Source: Mobula hypostoma
Lineage: Eukaryota
DNA: 64,000 nt
Assembly (NCBI RefSeq): GCF_963921235.1
Contig: NC_086097.1
Location: forward strand, 50,780,001 to 50,844,000
Reading direction: 5' to 3'
Shown: in pieces, positions 48,405 through 63,726 of the stretch
Layout: every line of letters begins with the position of its first letter
How positions within the stretch are numbered: the stretch's first letter is position 1
Notes under the pieces: model-generated
Databases searched by the model: none
The model's input: the letters and a program-made list of their open reading frames with translations, nothing else
Told to the model about the DNA's origin: nothing
Made by a program: the position numbers and the translations under genes

Positions 48405-51400
48405 AAAATGCAAATTAGGCCATTTGGCCCATCGAGTCTGCTCTGCCATTTCATCATGGCTGAACCAATTTTCCTCTCAGCCACAATCTCGTCTTTACCC
48501 TGTATCCCTTTATGCCCTGACCAATCAAGAATCTGTCAGCCTCTGCCTTAAATATGAACAACCCGGTCTACATGCCTGCCTGTGGCAAAGAATTCCATAG
48601 ATTCACCACTCTCTGGCTAGAGAACTTAGTCCTCATCTCCATTCTAAAAGGACATCCCTCTATTCTGAGGCTGTGTCCTTGTCTTAAGCTCTCCCACCAG
48701 AGGAAACATCCTCTCTCCATCCATTCTATCAAGGCCCTTCACCATTTGAAAGCTTTCAGTGAGGACACTTCTCATTCCTCTGAGCCATCAACCGCTCTTC
48801 ATATGGCAAGCCATTCAATCCTGGAATCACCTTCATGAACCTCCTCTGAACCCTCTCCAGTTTCAGCACATCCTTCTAAGTTAAGAGGCCCAAACCTGCT
48901 CACAATGGCGGCGCCAGTGTTTTATAAAGTTATTATATCCTGGCTTTTATATTCTAGTCCTCTTGAAATGAATGCTAACATTGCATTTGGCTTCCTCACC
49001 ACAGACTAAACCTGCAAATTAACCTTCAGGGAATCCTGAACAAGGACTCTCAAGTCCCTTTGCACCTCAATTTTTTGTATTTTCTCTCCATTTAGAAAAC
49101 AGTCAACTGTTTCATTTCTTCGACCAAAGTGCATGGCCACACACTTCCTGACACTGTATTCCATCTGCCATTTCTTTGTCCATTCTCCTAATCTGTCCAA
49201 ATCCTTCTGTAGCCTCTCTATTTCCTCAAAACTACCTGCCCCTCCATCTACCTTCATATCATTTGCAAACTTTGCAACAAAGCCATCAATTCCATCATCC
49301 AAATTATTGGCATACAATGCAAAAAGAATCTATCCCAACCCAGACCCCTGTAGAACCCCACTAGTCACCAGCAGCCAACCAGAAAAAAGTTCCCTTTATT
49401 CTGACACTTTGCCAATCAGCCACTGCTTAATCCATGCTAGAATCTTTCCTGTAATACCATGAGCTTGTAGTTTGTTAAGCACCCTTATGTGTGGTACCTT
49501 GTCAAACGTCATCTGAAAATTGAAGTTCACAACATCAACTGATTCTCATTTGTCTATCCAGCTTGTTATTTCTTCAAAGAATTCCAATAGATTTGTCAGG
49601 CAAGATTTTCCGTTGAGGAAACCATGCTAACTATGGCCTATTTCATCATGTGCCTCCAAGTACCCTGAGAATTCATCCTTAATAATCAACTCCAACATCT
49701 TCCCAACCACTGAGGTCAGACTAACTGGCCTATAGTTTCCTTCCTTCTGCCTTTCTCACTTCTTGAAGAGTAGTGTGACATTTGCAATGTTCTAGTCTTT
49801 CTGAATCATTCCAGAATCTAGTGATTCTTGAAAGATAACTTACTAATGCCTCCACAATCTCTTCGCCCACCTCTTTCAGAACCCTGGGGTGTACACCATT
49901 TGGTCCAGGTGACTTACCTACCTTCAGACCATTCAGTTTCCCAAGAACCTTCTTCCTAGTAGTGGCAACTTCACACACTTCTGACCCCTGACATTCTGTT
50001 ACTTCCACCATACTGCGAGTGTCTTCCACAGTGAATACTGAAGCAAAATACTTATTCAGTTCATCCACTATTTCCTTGTTTACCTCCCCCCCCCCATACT
50101 ACCTCTCCAGCATCGTTTCCAATATCCACTCTTGCTTCTCTTTTACATTTCACTAATCTGAAGTAACGTTTGGTATCCCCTTTAATATTATTGGCTAGCT
50201 TACTTTTGTATTCCTTCTTTGCCTTCTTGGTGACTTTTTTAGTTGCCTTCTGTTGGTTTTTAAGGGCTTCCAAATCCTCCCCATTAATTTTTGCTCCATT
50301 ATATGCCCTCTCTTTGGATTTTATGTTGGCTTTGACTTCTCTTATTAGCCATGGTTGTGTCATCTTTCCTTTAGAAAACTTTTTTTTTGAGATGTATATA
50401 TCCTGTGGCTTCTGAGTTGCTTCCAGAAATTCCAGCCACTGTTGCTCTGCTGTCATCCCTGCCAGTGTTCTTTTCCAATCAATTCTGGCCAACTCCTCCC
50501 TCATGCCTCTGTAATTCCTTTTACTCCACTGTAATACTGATACATCTGACTTCTGCTTCTCCTCAAATTTCAGGGTGAATTTATGACATTATGATCACTT
50601 GGGTTGTGTAAGAGTTCTTTTACCTTAAGCTTTCTAATCAATTGTGGTTCTTTGCGCAGCACCCAATCCAGAATAACTACTCCTCTAGTGGGCTCAACCA
50701 CTAGCGGCTCTAAAAAGCCATCTCGTAGGCACTGTAGAAATTCCCCCTCCTGTAATCCAGCACCATCCTGATTTTCCCCAATCTACCTGCATACTGACAT
50801 CCCCCACAACTATTGTAACATTGCCCCTTAGGCATGCACTTTCTATCTCCCATTGTAATTTGTAGGCAATATCCTTAATACCTTTTGGGGTTTTGTATGC
50901 AACTCCAATCAGGGTCGTTTTACCCTTACAGTTCCTTAGCTCAACCCACAACAATTCAACACCTTCTGACCCAATGTCACCTCTTTCTAATGATTTGATT
51001 TCACTTTTTAACCAACAGAGTGACTCCGCCCCCCTCTGCCTTCCTGCCCTTCCTTTTGATACAACATGTATCCTTCAACACTACCTCCCAGAAATAATTT
51101 TCTTTCAGCCGTGATTCGCTGATGCTACAGTATCATACCTGCCAATCTGCAAATGTGCTGCAAGTTCATCTACCTTATTCAGTATACTGCACGCATACAA
51201 CACGGTCAGTCCTGTCTTCACCCTTTTCGATTTTGTTCACCTTATACATTGCAACTCATCCTGTTGACTGTAATTTTGTCCCTATCAACAGCCTCTTGAC
51301 TCTGTCTGTACAGTACCCCATCTTCTGCACTATTATCCTTCTGTCCTACGATACTTATCGCATTGAAATGTACGCTGCTCAAGATACTAGTCACATCATG

Positions 51401-51500
51401 CTCAACTTTTTGTCTGAGTTCTTACCAGCATCTGCCTCCACTAACTGTTCTGGCACTCTGGTTCTTATCCCCCTGCAACCTGCAACTCCAAGTTAAACCC
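48405..51500 (-). mobile_element. Long degenerate CR1 LINE
   Basis: Minus-strand ORFs contain LWVELRNCKG (endonuclease), LNKYFASVFT, KSPGPNGVHPRVLKE and KFANDMKV. 3' tail near 48410. Confidence 0.9.
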
Positions 51501-51629
51501 TATTTACCCCATTCAATTGAATTTCTGGTCAATTGTGAATAATCATACATCGTGTACAAACTGCTGCCTTACAGAGCTTCCAGGAAGAAGAAAACAATAA
51601 AATGCAATTTAAACTCTATGCTGGATCCC

Positions 51630-52677
51630 TGTGTCCATCCCCCTCGCTGATGATCAACACTGGTGCACCTCAGGGGTGCGTGCTTAGCCCACTCTCTACT
51701 CTCTGTATACACATGACTGTGTAGCTAGGCATAGCTCAAATACCATCTATAAATTTGCAGATGATACAACCATTGTTGGTAGAATCTCAGGTGGTGATGA
51801 GAGGGCGTACAGGAGTGAGATATGCCAACTAGTGGAATGGTGCTGCAGCAACAACCTGGCACTCAACGTCAGTAAGACGAAAGAGCTGATTTTGGACTTC
51901 AGGAAGGGTAAGACGAAGGAACACATACCAATCATGATAGAGGGATCAGAAGTGGAGAGAGTGAGCAGTTTCAAGTTCCTAGGTGTCAAGATCTCTGAGG
52001 ATCTAACCTGGTCCCAACATATCGATGTAGTTATAAAGAAGGCAAGACAGCGGTTATACTTTATTAGGAGTTTGAAGAGATTTGGCATGTCAACAAATAC
52101 ACTCAAAAACTTCTATAGTTGTACCGTGGAAAGCATTCTGACAGGCTGCATCACTGTCTGGTGTGGGGGGGGAGGCTACTGCACAGGACTGAAAGAAGCT
52201 GCAGAGGGTTGTAAATCTAGTCAGCTCCATCTTGGGCACGAGCCAACAAAGTGCCCAAGACACCTTTAGGGAGCGGTGTCTCAGAAAGGCAGTGTCCATT
52301 ATTAGGGACCTCCAGCACCCAGGGCCTGCCCTTTTTTTCATTGTTACCACCAGGTAGGAGGTACAGAAGCCCGAAGGCACACACTCAGCGATTCAGGAAC
52401 AGCTTCTTCCCCTCTGCCATCCGATTCCTAAATGGACATTGATCCCTTGAACACTACCTCACTTTTTTAAAATTTCCAGTATTTCTGTTTTTTTGCATGT
52501 TTTTTAAATCTATTCAATATATGTACACTGTAATTGATTGATTGATTGATTTTTTTTATTTCATTTATTATTATTTTTTATTATTATTACTTTTTTTCTA
52601 CATTATGTATTGCATTGATCTGTTGCTGCTAAGTTAACAAATTTCACGTCACATGCGGGTGATAATAAACCTGATTA
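51630..52677 (+). mobile_element. Rex1/Babar-like LINE 3' fragment
   Basis: NTGAPQGCVLSPLLYSLYTHDC, KFADDTTIVG, KKARQRLYFIRSLK; ends AATAAACCTGATT. Confidence 0.82.
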
Positions 52678-52849
52678 CCACTTAAATGATTCCTGAGATT
52701 AGGCAGGCAGAAAATACCTTAATTAGTGAGGGCTTGAGTTCTACGGTAATGAATCAAGAACTCAGACTCCATCAATCAAACTATGACAAACCAATTCCTA
52801 TTAAATGTTACATTTCTCCAGTGTACTTTATCAAATTTATACAATGCTA

Positions 52850-52975
<126 letters not shown>

Positions 52976-54480
52976 TTAAGTATATTCAACACCCTATTTC
53001 AGTGGATGCCTGAAGTCACACGGAATAGTGCAAATAATCACAGTAGTCAATGCTTAACTGTAAGGTGAAACTGGTTAAGAAGTCCAATTTCCAGTCATGT
53101 GTTGATATATTAATTGAACTCTAGATGCACTCAGTCCATGTATTCTTAATAATCAGAATTAGGGTAAAATGCAACCAATATGACTTGCGTTCAATCCAAG
53201 CATGCAATTCAAGAATGTAGTACAATTACACCTTGAGCCTTAAACTGGCAGGTACTGTACATACACTAACAACAGGATAATGTATTTATCTTGTATAGTA
53301 TAATGCATCTGTGATATCAGATTGAAGTTCTACGGCCTACCATGACAGATCAACTAGTCAATTATCTATGATTAAAGAATGAAAATTGAACAGGTGACAT
53401 GGAACCCAAAGTTTCATTTGGAAAGTACCATATTCTAACTTTAGTTTCATATCCTTTTGTAAATTCTTATACAAATAATTACAAAGAAAAAAAATTAATT
53501 ATGCACTTTTACTGTAAATTCAAACAGAATTGAAGTTGGTCAGGAATACATATATTTTATAGAATTATAGAAAGGGGAGGTATAACATAACATATGAACA
53601 CTATACAGATGTAGGAAATAGAAGCAAGGGTTGCCTTTCAGAATCTTGTGTCTGTGTTAACATTCAATTCGATCTTACTTCTGTACAATTTCCTGTGTTA
53701 GCTCCATATCCCTTGGTTCCCTCCATGTCTAATGCTCCCTATGCATTGAACCTGAGCTCCAGTCCTTTTAGGTCAGGAATTTCAAACAATCACTGTGGTC
53801 TGTGTTTAGGTATTTATTTGATTCTCATCCTCGAATTGCCCACCCCTTAACTTTCTATTTTTATCCCTTGTTCTTGACACCATAGCTGAGAGGAACATTA
53901 TCTTTACATTTAACCTGCAAAGCCCCTTGAGAATTTTATAGGATTCAATTAAATTGCCTCTAATTCGTCTAAATTCAAGAACACATTGATCAAGTCTACT
54001 TAATGGCTCCTCAAATTACAAACCCTCTGTTCCAGGAATCATTCTGGGGAACTTTCACTGCATTGCTTCTCCCGTGACTTAGTCTTCTGGGAGATGAAGC
54101 TGGAATTTGGTTAATTGGTTTTCTGTTATTTGTGTGTAAATTTCAAGCCAGCTTTTGCAATATTCTTCTTAAATTTCTAGCAGAATACGGAGATCTATTG
54201 TGAAGCATATTCTAGGAAATAAAACCATCTTGGCTGATCTGTCAGTCTCCTTGGTTACTGCCAGCAGAAAAAAATTTCTGTATTTTACATATAATTTTAA
54301 CGTGATTGTTTCGCACTTTCTTTGCTCTGACCGGAATGATATTCAGATGAAGACTTGCCATTTGTTTTGTGATGACATTTCAAATTGTTTGTTTTCTAAT
54401 GAATGAGGAATAATGCTTCATAGCTAAGGCACGGCAATTTATCATAATTAGAAGTGAATATTCATTCTTACTTTTAAACT

Positions 54481-55640
54481 ATAAACACAAATTTTGCAGA
54501 TGCTGGAAATCCAGAGAAACACATACATAATGCTGGAGGTCAGGCAGCATCTATGGGAAAAAAATAAACATTCGACGTTTCGGGCCAAGACCCTTCACTT
54601 CAATTGGAAAGGAGGGGGGAAGAAGCCAGAATAAGAAGGTAGGGGGAGGGGAAGAAGTTCAGGCTAGAAAGTGATCAGTGAAGCCAGGTGGGTGGGTAAA
54701 GCAAGAAGTATGAAGTTAGAGAAATCAATGAATATGAGGTGCAGCTCCTCATTCCTGAGAGTAGCTTCACCATGGCGGTAGAGGAGGGCAGTGACTGACA
54801 TGCCGGAATAGGAATGGGATAGAAATTAAAATGGTAGACCACCAGGAAATCATGCTTTTTGCAGATGGAGCAAATGTGTTTGACAAAGCGGTCCCTAATC
54901 TACATTGGGTCTTACTAATGTTGCAAAGCAATTCCCAAACAGTCCTTCCAGTTAATGCAAGAATCCACTTCCAAATTTCTTGGGATCATTTACTGTATCT
55001 GGTGCTCCCGATGTGCATAGACGAGATGCAATGTAGATTGGGTTCATGTTGTCAGGCAGCATCTGCAAAAAGCAGGACTTCCTGGTGGCCAAACATTGTA
55101 ATTCCAACCCTAATTTCCATTCTGACATGTCAGTCCATGGCTTCCTCTATCACCATGACAAGGCTACTCTCAGATTGCAGGAGCAACACATATTCCATCT
55201 GGGTGGTCTCCAACCTGATGGAATGAACATTGATTTCTCCAACTTCTGGTAATATTTTCTCTTCCCCTATCTCTCTTCTTCTATTCTCCATTCTGGCTCA
55301 TCTCTTATCCCTTCTCTTTTCCTCACCTGCCTATTGCCTCTCCCTGGTTTCCCTCCTCCTTCCCTTTCTCCCATGGTCCACTCTCTCCTATGAGATTTCT
55401 TCTTTTCCAGTCCTTTACCTTTTCCACCTATCACCACCAGGCTTCTTACTTCACCCCCCTATCCCCCACCCACCCGGCTTCACCAATCACCTTCTAGCTT
55501 GTCCCTCTTTCCCTCCCCTGACCTTCTTATCCTGGCTTTCCAGTCCAGGTGAAAGTCCTCAGCCTGAAACACTGACTGTTTATTCATTTCAGTGGCTACT
55601 GCCTGACTTGCTCGTTCCTCCCGCATCTTGTATGTGTTGC
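54481..55640. mobile_element. Penelope-derived inverted pair (older)
   Basis: Minus copy ~54484-54905 joined to plus copy ~54920-55640 (ORF 55046-55252 ends QPDGMNIDFSNF). Flanks TCTTACTTT(TA/CC)AACT match at 13/15. Confidence 0.8.
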
Positions 55641-55899
55641 TCTTACTTTCCAACTCCCATTTTCCCACTCCTTACCTGCACATTTTATGATTTAAAAGCT
55701 ATTTAATTTTAAAGTCCATTGAAATTTAAATTTAAAGGAAGTCTTAAGACAATTGATTTTTTAAATTATTGAAATTACGTTTTAAATTTTAAATACAAAA
55801 TCTATTGAAATGTGAAATTCATTGAGATTTTAAGATTATTGAAATTTTAAATTAAAGCTTACGGTTACTGCTGAATTGATGGTGTTATTCACAGAGAAA

Positions 55900-56168
55900 T
55901 GGATGTTACATTGTGGTTTCACCAGGGAAGAATTTCTTTAGCCAGTGGTGGTGAATCTGTGAAATTTATTGCCACAAACAATTGTGAAGGCCAACTCATT
56001 TCAGTATATTTAAAGCGGAGGTTGATCGATTCTTGATTAGTAAGGGTGTCAAAGGTTACAAAGAGAAGGCAGGATAATGTGGTTGAGAGGGATAATAAAT
56101 CAGCCATGATTGAATAGTAGAGCAGAATCGAATGGCTGAGTGGCCTAATTCTGTTTGTATGTCTTATT
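55900..56168 (+). mobile_element. CR1 3' end
   Basis: TTCTTTAGCCAGTGGTGGTGAATCTGTG...GGATAATAAATCAGCCATGATTGAAT...CCTAATTCTG, as at 27830-28060. Confidence 0.8.
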
Positions 56169-56750
56169 ATTTATTTCAATGAGATGATTGTCAGGTACAA
56201 AATTAATGTAGGCCTATTAACCCTCAAATCATATGACAAGAATGCAGGTTGTACTTATGGACGCTGCATTCTGCAGAAATATTTTGCATTCTGGCTGGAT
56301 TCTGAGCCATACTCCTTTGAAACTGTGAGTAGTGCTTTATATTGTCTGCAGAAGCCAGAAGGCAATGTGTAGCAGAATGTACAGCCCCCTCATCCCTCTG
56401 CCCATTATGATCTGGTGAGTTAAGAAGGCATCATACACTGCTGTCATAGGCTTCTCAATACATGTTCGACAAAGTTGGGAAAAGTCCATGCAAGAATAAG
56501 TTTACCACAAGTGTAAACTGCACTTGAAGTGTAAAAAGAAGCTGAATGAGGCTCAGGAGTTGTAGGTTAGCCATATGTGTAATAGCTCGAGGACAAAATA
56601 ACAAATCAAAATAAAGACCACTGCATTTCTTTTCCTGGAAAAGTAGTTAGCAGAAGAAGTTACTTTAACCAAATGAAATTTTCAAAAAGAATTATTTCAC
56701 AGATTTATTCATGCTGTGAGAAAAAGGCTTTGATAATTTTACTGATATCA

Positions 56751-57062
<312 letters not shown>

Positions 57063-58596
57063 TCAGACTACAAAATCCTCAATGGCCTTTAGCAGGATGT
57101 GATAGGTTATTTTTAAGAACAACTTAGTGGCTTAGAATCATTAATATCTCCCCAAAATGCATTATAATGATTTTTTTTAACTTTTAAAGTGCAGTTAACT
57201 CAGCAAAATAAGTAAACACAATTACAATTTTTGAACAGTTAATTTGCAGAAATGACTTTGAAAAGTGCCACTTGTTAAGCTCACACCTGACAATCAGTAA
57301 GAAACTCAGATTTATTTTTAAAGAATAACTCCAAGGTCAGTTTTCCAATCACACCTCAGCCTAGATTACAGAATTAAATTTCTGAATGTACTTTAATCCT
57401 TAATCTGTTGCCTTAGAGACAAACAAAGATTTATCAATTATCATGAGAGTTTTCCAAATTCTAAAGAGCTAGGGAGTACACTACTCTTCTGAAGTATGAT
57501 TCATTTTGTTAAAAAACACTGTAGCATTATTTAAAATACTCAATGCAAAATTTACAAGGATCTTTGTGTGATATTAATTATTACCACTATATAACTAAAT
57601 AGTGTAGCTTTGAAAGTAGACAGTGAGTTTCTTTAAAGAAGTTTTGATTTTGTTTTTCTTTCTTCCACCTAGACTTTTCAAACACTAAATCCAGCATGTA
57701 AGATATTAGATTTGTTTCCAGTATTGATTTTCCTCTGACAGTAAACTTCTCACCAACTCATTTGAAAATATTTATGCAATATTTTGACTAGTGAATTTGG
57801 CATATTATTGGTAAAACAGCCAACAGTCCACCTTAGCACCTACATATAAATAAAAATGAATTTCAAAAATAATCTAGACATCTAAGAGATTGAAATTTTT
57901 GTTAATTTACATCAACAATAACAGCTGGTTATTTCACAAGGATAAAATTAAAGCATTTCATAAGAGTAACAGAGTGTCTGGACCACTTTAGTTAAGCTCA
58001 AAGACCAGAGAAACTAAATCATTAGATATTTTCTCTTTAATAATATCACACATTCACATATTTCAGCAAAGTGACCATTATATTTTCATCTAGGCAAATG
58101 GAGAGTATACCATCACCTGTTTTGCAAATGTTAAAAAAGCAATGGGTAACAAGAGTCAAATCATTTGCCATCTCGTTGACAGTGACAATTTCCTTCCCTC
58201 CCCCAACACCCCCTCTATGATTATGCTTTTATTTGTCCAAGCCCTAAGTTATGGCATTCCCATCCAAAACCTCTCCATAATGATTTGACCAAACATTTGA
58301 CCAAATTGTTTCTCAAGTGATTTGACAGTAAGTTTCATTAGATAATATTCCTGGAGGCCCTTAGGATATTTTTAATGCTTCAAGAACACTAGAAAAACAA
58401 AGCTACTGTTGTCACTGTAATCAACTTGCAACTGGATGTGAAATATACCAAATAAATTGTTATCCTCGATTTTAGACACAAAGTACAACTAGTTACCATG
58501 GTTCATGATTTTTCTTCACATAAACTTAATTTTCATTACAAGTATAAATTGGCATTTGGCCTAGTAATAAATACTTTTTTCTTTAAAAAACTTTTA

Positions 58597-58725
<129 letters not shown>

Positions 58726-60240
58726 CTATGCAAATACATTAATCTCAATAATACATCAAGATATTAAACTGTAATTCCTTGATACCATTTTATGACTTTA
58801 ATTGGTGTTCTTATGGCAATACCATTATTGTGACCAATCATTAATTATACCCTGATAGCATTGTTAAAATCCAAATGATGATAAAGGATTTCACCAAATG
58901 AAAAATTTGAGTTAAACTAACAGAATACAACACTGATAGGTTTCATTAATAAGTTTTTATTATTATTGCTTTAATAAATTTTCCTAAAAGACTAAATTTT
59001 CTCATTTTATTGTACATTATTACATTTTGAGTGATATTTCTCTCTTTTAATAAAAGACATTAAATTCTTTAGTAAAATATAGCTAGATATATAAACTTAT
59101 GAATTATTTTTATATATCCAAACTTCGCACCACCATAAATAATTAGAATTTATGCAAAACCAAAAATGTTGCAAAATGACCAAACATGCTTCACTGGACT
59201 ATTGTTATTCATAAGTTAAATCCCACAATGGTGGGAAAGACCTTGGGAGGATTGTTAAAAAAAATGACAATTTATAATCAAATTGTTGTCTGATCAGATA
59301 CCAGTTTTGGTCAGCACTTCTAGAGGTGATAGACAAGCAAGAATTGGTACAAGCTTGTAGTTTGAGCTGAGATTTCAATGGCCCCAGTTCTACTGAGAGT
59401 AAAATTATGAGAGGGAGCCAGGAGCTGCAAGTTTGCAAGTCACAAAGGGATGAATGGAGAATTCAGCAGAGGCTAAGTTGGGTCGCTGGTGAAAGATAGA
59501 AATGACAGTCTTAGGGAAAAGCAGGTGGAATTTTCTGCTCATCCTATTCTGGATATCAGACAGTCTGGTAAGTTGGAAACACAGGGGATCATGAAAGGTA
59601 GTTATCAGCAGACATATGGATTAGATACACAGTAAAATTTTGCATGCTTGGGACTGTGGTTGCTATATTATTCTCATTAATACTTCCACCCAATTTTAAC
59701 TCATTTTTAAAAAGATATTACTTGGAATAATACATCTCCCAGCAAAACCGGTAAATTTCAAGGGAGCTTGGAAAATGTGGGAAACAGGACCCCAGTGAGC
59801 CAGTGTCAAACCTTCGGGATTTCAGAGTTGTCGAATAGCAGGTTGTTTTAATTTTACTTTGGTAGTTCATGGATGTTCTAGAAAGCAGCACATTGATGAA
59901 AGGAACGAGGGTGGGAGAAAGAACATGTATTTGGAACACCAGAGAAATGACCATTATAGTCATGAAACAGCACTTAGAATAGAACACCTGTGTAATGTGG
60001 CTATTATTGTTGTACATTGATTCCACGTGCTATCAGTTTAATCAAAATAAAATCAACGTATTTTAACTTATTTTAATATTTTGATTTGGTCTAATTGAAT
60101 ACAGTAGGATCTTTTCAAACATTTATTCAGTTGAAGAACTTGAATCCATTTAAAAGCTTTTGACAATGTTAAAGTGAATGAGTACTGCAAAAGTACCTCA
60201 GAATACCACTACAGGAGGGAAAATAGAAGATTTAACATTA

Positions 60241-60480
<240 letters not shown>

Positions 60481-60634
60481 TCAATAAATACAACAAAATC
60501 ATTGATCAGGGAGAGATGAACAATAGAAAGTGTACAGTGTTTTTCTTTGATCTCTGACATTCAGAAATTCCTTTAATACACCTATTATAAAATTGACCAA
60601 AATTCCTAACAGCATACTATGAGAAATGACGAGG

Positions 60635-60910
60635 TGGGCCAGCTGGTGGGGCAATGACATCAGCTCTGGACTCCGGAACGAAGATTCCCGGGTTCAAATC
60701 CAGTCAGGGCTGCTCCCGAGTACGCCTTCCATCCGTGCCAGGTTAAGTGTCGAGATCGCAACTCAACCTCGTAAAATAAAGGGAAAAATACTGCAAGATG
60801 CCTTTGTGAGGAGTGGCGCACCACACAGTCTCTCTCTCGCTCCGCGCCTTGTAAAGGCATGAAAAAGGATATCGTCCCGCCAACATTGCACACGCACGCA
60901 CAAAAAAAAA
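60635..60910 (+). mobile_element. tRNA-derived SINE, full length
   Basis: A-box-like TGGGGCAATGA, B box GGTTCAAATCC (60691-60701), A9 tail. 14-bp TSD GAGAAATGAC(G/A)AGG (60621-60634 / 60911-60924). Confidence 0.88.
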
Positions 60911-61754
60911 GAGAAATGACAAGGCCCTATAATGCCCTTTTCAAACAGGCTGCAAACTGAAAGGAAGTGCTCAAGAAATGTTCACACAGTGTTCATCTAA
61001 AAACCCTATGGCATAGTGTCAACAAAGTTTACAAATCAACACATATGTAATCACATGGGTTCCAGCAAATCTAGTTTGGTCCCTAAGCAGTCTTTGAAAG
61101 TGGTAAACATCAGAACTGCCACAAGAATAAACCCTTCCACCAACTTTACTGAACGATGATAAAGCTTCTCTCATTTTTTATGACTCTAATAGTAGAGCAT
61201 CAAACAGAATAATATTTCTATATCCACCAGTTCATGGAACCACAACAATCAGGAGTTCAAATCATCAAGGGGATGATTTTGTATTATAAAATAAGAAAGA
61301 TTCAGGCAAATATTGACAGTTGTAGTGAGGCTGATGATCTCATCTGCATGGGAACACAAGCCTTCCAGTGATCATTGGTTAAAAGCAATGAGATTAAGTA
61401 ATATGTAAAATAATAGTGCAGCTTACAAGAGAACTTGCATTCAGTAGAGATGGAAAGCAAAGGTGAAGATGAATCCCTTTGAATTAGGAGGAAACGTTGT
61501 GAGCTTAAGTTACAGTTAAGCATTAAAGTTACCTTAAGGACATTTAAGTAGAGAGGTTATCATAATGAGAGAATACATCATATAATCTTTAGTAACGTCT
61601 TGTACTGGCCAATGTTCAGTGATTTGTAGTGCTTGTATTCATATTTTATTTGCAATATTTCTTCAGTCTTAATAAACTTTTGGGTTGTATTGCTCTGCAA
61701 ATCTTAAGCAAGTTTACCCATCACGATCAGGTTTAGGCTGAGGATAGAGAATTG

Positions 61755-62590
61755 TTTGGTTATAGGGTTGTTCGCCGAAAGTGGAGGTTAGGTTGCAAAT
61801 GTTAAGTCACCAGATGAGGTGACATCATTCATGTGTGATGGAATGTTGCTTCTGCCGAGTATTTGCATTTATATTGTTCCAACTTGTTGTTTTGATTGGT
61901 CGCGCTGGACGCTAGTTTCTGCTACATCCCAGCCAAATGGATAACTGAGTGATCTCCGCTGGCCTGTATCCCCGGTTATCAGTCATTCTGAGCATTGCTT
62001 CCTCTGCAAACTGCTCCAAGCACAGGGAATAATGGTTGCACACAAACCCAGCACAACCATCACAACACTCGTCTGGAGACCCAAAGATCCAACAGCCCAC
62101 ATGGCTCCAAACACTATGTAGGGCAGATGAGGAGAAAACTATCCACGAGACTACATGAATATCAGCTAGACATAAGAAGACAAAATCCTCTGTCACTCAT
62201 CTCAGTAATGAGGACCAAGGAGGTCACAAGTTTGTCTGGGGAATTACAAAAATCCTGGCTGACAAATCAAGAGAATTCGTAGAAGCTTGATCCTCAGTAG
62301 AAGACTCTAGTAACAAGCATTTTGAAAAGGATGGAATTTATGAACCTATGCAACTGTGGGAGTGGACCCAAAAGGTGAGCCACGAGCACATGAGGAACCA
62401 ACACTCATAATGACTGATAACTAGGGATATGGGCCATTGGAGACTAGCGGGCCAGCGTGGCAGCCAACCAATCAGAACAACTAGTTGGACCAATATAAAC
62501 GCAAGCACTTGGCGGAAACAACAATCAATTGTGCACAGACGATGTTACAATGACTGATGATGAAATGTTTGCGACCTAACTTCCAGGCTC
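61755..62590. mobile_element. Second Penelope-like family, inverted arrangement with GIY-YIG remnant
   Basis: ORF 61995-62282 contains HYVGQMRRKLSTRLHEYQLDIRR. ~61755-62005 is a diverged reverse complement of ~62390-62590. Confidence 0.75.
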
Positions 62591-63369
62591 GGTGAACAAC
62601 CTTACAAACCACCTACCAAATTTTCTTTCATTTCAAATAGACAATTGTATACAATGAGATGTTCACAAGTCATAGCTCCAAACCAGTTATGCTAAGTGCA
62701 ATCTGAAAGCCAATAGGTCAGTGACTTACGTTCAAATATTTTTTAAGTCAGCAGCAAAAATCAGAGATTTAATTGCTTGGACTTCTCTTGGACTTGGAAT
62801 TCTAATCCCATACAGCATTTGTGTCCTTATATATTTAGTAAATACAGTACATGATCTTGTCATGAATGAGATCTCTACAATTTAAAAAAATTTGTAAAGC
62901 TTTGGTAGCAGAGTAGTCAGCGTAATGCTTTGTAACGCCAGCAATCAGAAGATCAGGGTTCCAATCCCACCGCTGTCTGTAAGGAGTTTGTACATTCTCC
63001 CCATGACCTCGTGGGTTTCTTTGTGTGCTCCAGTTTCCTTTGAGGTTCCGAAGACGTACGGATTAGGTTTTGTAAGTTGTGCGCATGCTATGCTGCCGCT
63101 GGAAACATGGTGACACTTGCGAGCTGCCCACAGCACACCCTCAGACTGTTGCTCTTTGACACAAATGACACACTTCACTGTGAGTTTTGATGTACTGAGG
63201 TATGTGTGACAAACAAAGCTAATCTAATCTTTCAATCTTTGTCTAATACTCATTTGAAAAAGGATCTAGTACTTTCCCAGCATGTATGACAAATAAACTT
63301 GTTTGGGCTTCCAACTGGGTACAGGTATCAAATAGAACCAATGTTTCGATGACAAACTCTGCCATCTTC

Positions 63370-63726
63370 TTTTCTTTCTTTCTTTTTAAATCTTTTTATT
63401 GAATAAGTATACAAAAAGGTAAGCCATATAGGCACTAATACACTGTTAGAATATAATAAAATTACAGGAAATATTAATACAAAAAAAAGATACAAACAAT
63501 GTAATTTAAACATAACATACCAAGGTAACATAATAGTATACTAATTTTTATATATATATCAATAGAGAAAAGGAAAAAAAAAACCCCAAAAAAAACCCAC
63601 CGTGCAACTAACTAAAAGCAAAGCAAAGCAATGGGCTAACTTGAAACCAAACAGAGTTAAAAAACTTAAAATCACGTCCTCAATCCCAACCTCCATTAAA
63701 AACAGAAAAAAAAAACAAGAAGGGTA
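63370..63726 (-). mobile_element. LINE (L1-like) 3'UTR fragment inserted in a palindrome
   Basis: 9-bp TSD GCCATCTTC (63361-63369 / 63727-63735); T-rich tail plus TTTATT at the left end. Homologous to 26112-26439. Confidence 0.8.

Noticed and set aside
60635..60710. Functional tRNA gene
   Set aside because: The stems are degenerate, and the sequence continues into a SINE body with an A tail and TSD.
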